A DNA stretch of 63,770 nucleotides, filler included, from Octopus bimaculoides (lineage: Eukaryota): assembly GCF_001194135.2 (NCBI RefSeq). It is 6 parts of 6 records of this genome, joined end to end, with 100 filler letters (N's around TTAATTAATTAA, not from the genome) between each part and the next. Parts side by side here need not be neighbours in the genome. Positions count along the whole stretch, not along the records: positions 56,953 to 63,770 come from NC_068990.1; 5 more parts are not named here. The stretch is one strand, 5' to 3'. How positions within the stretch are numbered: the stretch's first letter is position 1; each line of letters begins with the position of its first letter. The notes under the pieces are model-generated. The model worked only from the letters and a program-made list of their open reading frames with translations. It made no database searches and was not told where the DNA came from. This document shows, one piece after another, positions 62,725 through 63,770 of this stretch. The translations under genes were made by a program, and so were the position numbers.

Positions 62725-63770
62725 CGAGGGTGAGTCAAAAAGTAATGCCATTTTCTTTATTTCATGTGAAAATTTTGATAAAAATAACTGAAAATTTTCC
62801 CAGTTATAAATGATTATATTATTTACGTTCTGAAATATTTTGTTTCTTACTTTTCAGGTTTTTAGACTGGTAAGGAAAATTCAAAATGGTTGCCCCCAAA
62901 GAGCAGTGATTGAATTTCTTGTTCCTGAGGGGGGAAACCCGTGTGAACATTCACTGACGATTACAAAATGTCTTTGAGGACAATACTTTAGATTATAGCA
63001 ATGTATGCAGGTGGGTCCGTCCTCTGAAAGATGAAAAGGTGGGAACTGTGAGTGTAGCCGATAAACCCGGTTCTGGCCGTTCATCCACTTCTGTGAATCC
63101 TGCCAATAAAGCAAAAGCAGATGTTCTGATCAAAGAAGACAGACGCATAACTCTTGATGAGTTGGCAGAAAACCTTGAAGTGAGCCATGGAAGTGCTTAC
63201 AACATTGTCGAATTACTTGGATTTTCAAAAGTGTGTGCTCGTTGGGTATCGAGAGAGCTGACTACCGAACGCAAGACTGACAGTGTCAATGCCTGCACTG
63301 AACTTCTCGAACAAAGTCAAAGAGGCAATACCTTCTTTCGAAGGCTCGTAACAGGTGATGAAACTTGGGTTCATCATTATGAACCGGAATCAAAGAGGCA
63401 GACAATGGAATGGCGCCACTCTACGTTACTACAACTGAAAAAGTTCAAGACGCAAAAGTTAGCCGGAAAAATCATGGCGACTGTCTTTTGGGACGCTCAA
63501 GGTGTCATTCTGGTCGATTTCTTGCCAAAAGGAAAAACAATAAACTCTGCGGTCTACATTGAGACCCTGACGAGGCTCAAAGCAAAAATCCGACGAGTAA
63601 GACCCAACTTGCCAATCGACAATGTTCTCCTTCTGCATGACAATGCTCGACCACACACAAGCATCAGGACAAGGGAGACATCGCCTCATTCGGGTGGACA
63701 ACTTTACTGCATCCTCCATACTCACCAGACTTAGTGCCTTCAGACAATCATCTCTTCGGCCCCATGAAAG
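62725..63770 (+). mobile_element. Mariner (DD34D) transposon with a frameshifted transposase, running off the window end
   Basis: TA|CGAGGGTGAGTCAAAAAGTAATGCC TIR. The protein reads QRAVIEFL, SGRSST, KVCARWV, VTGDETWVHHYEPESK, MATVFWD and LLHDNARPH, then after a frameshift HPPYSPDLVPSD. Confidence 0.92.

Overview
AT-rich animal genomic DNA from a gapped draft assembly, not a prokaryotic locus. The SINE families, microsatellite load and TTAATTAATTAA gap spacers point to an octopod cephalopod, probably Octopus (inference). One clear host coding sequence is present: a single-exon, type II membrane LicD/fukutin-family nucleotidyltransferase-fold gene on the minus strand (15557-14736). One convincing orphan + strand exon (27401-27550) hints that the window may lie within a large intron-rich gene. 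The rest is mostly transposon relics and repeats. These are CR1/L2-like and RTE-like LINE ends, a Tx1/L1 3' end inside an (ATCT)n tract, two Penelope-like fragments, a decayed Gypsy gag-pol, a Helitron fragment, mariner relics including a convergent chimera, TTAA-flanked piggyBac-type MITEs, modular tRNA-derived SINEs and several long hairpins. I found no CRISPR array, rRNA or operon-like system. Family assignments come from motif recognition by eye, without database searches, and most element boundaries are approximate (about +/-10-30 nt). Most long ORFs in the supplied track are microsatellite or N-gap artefacts.
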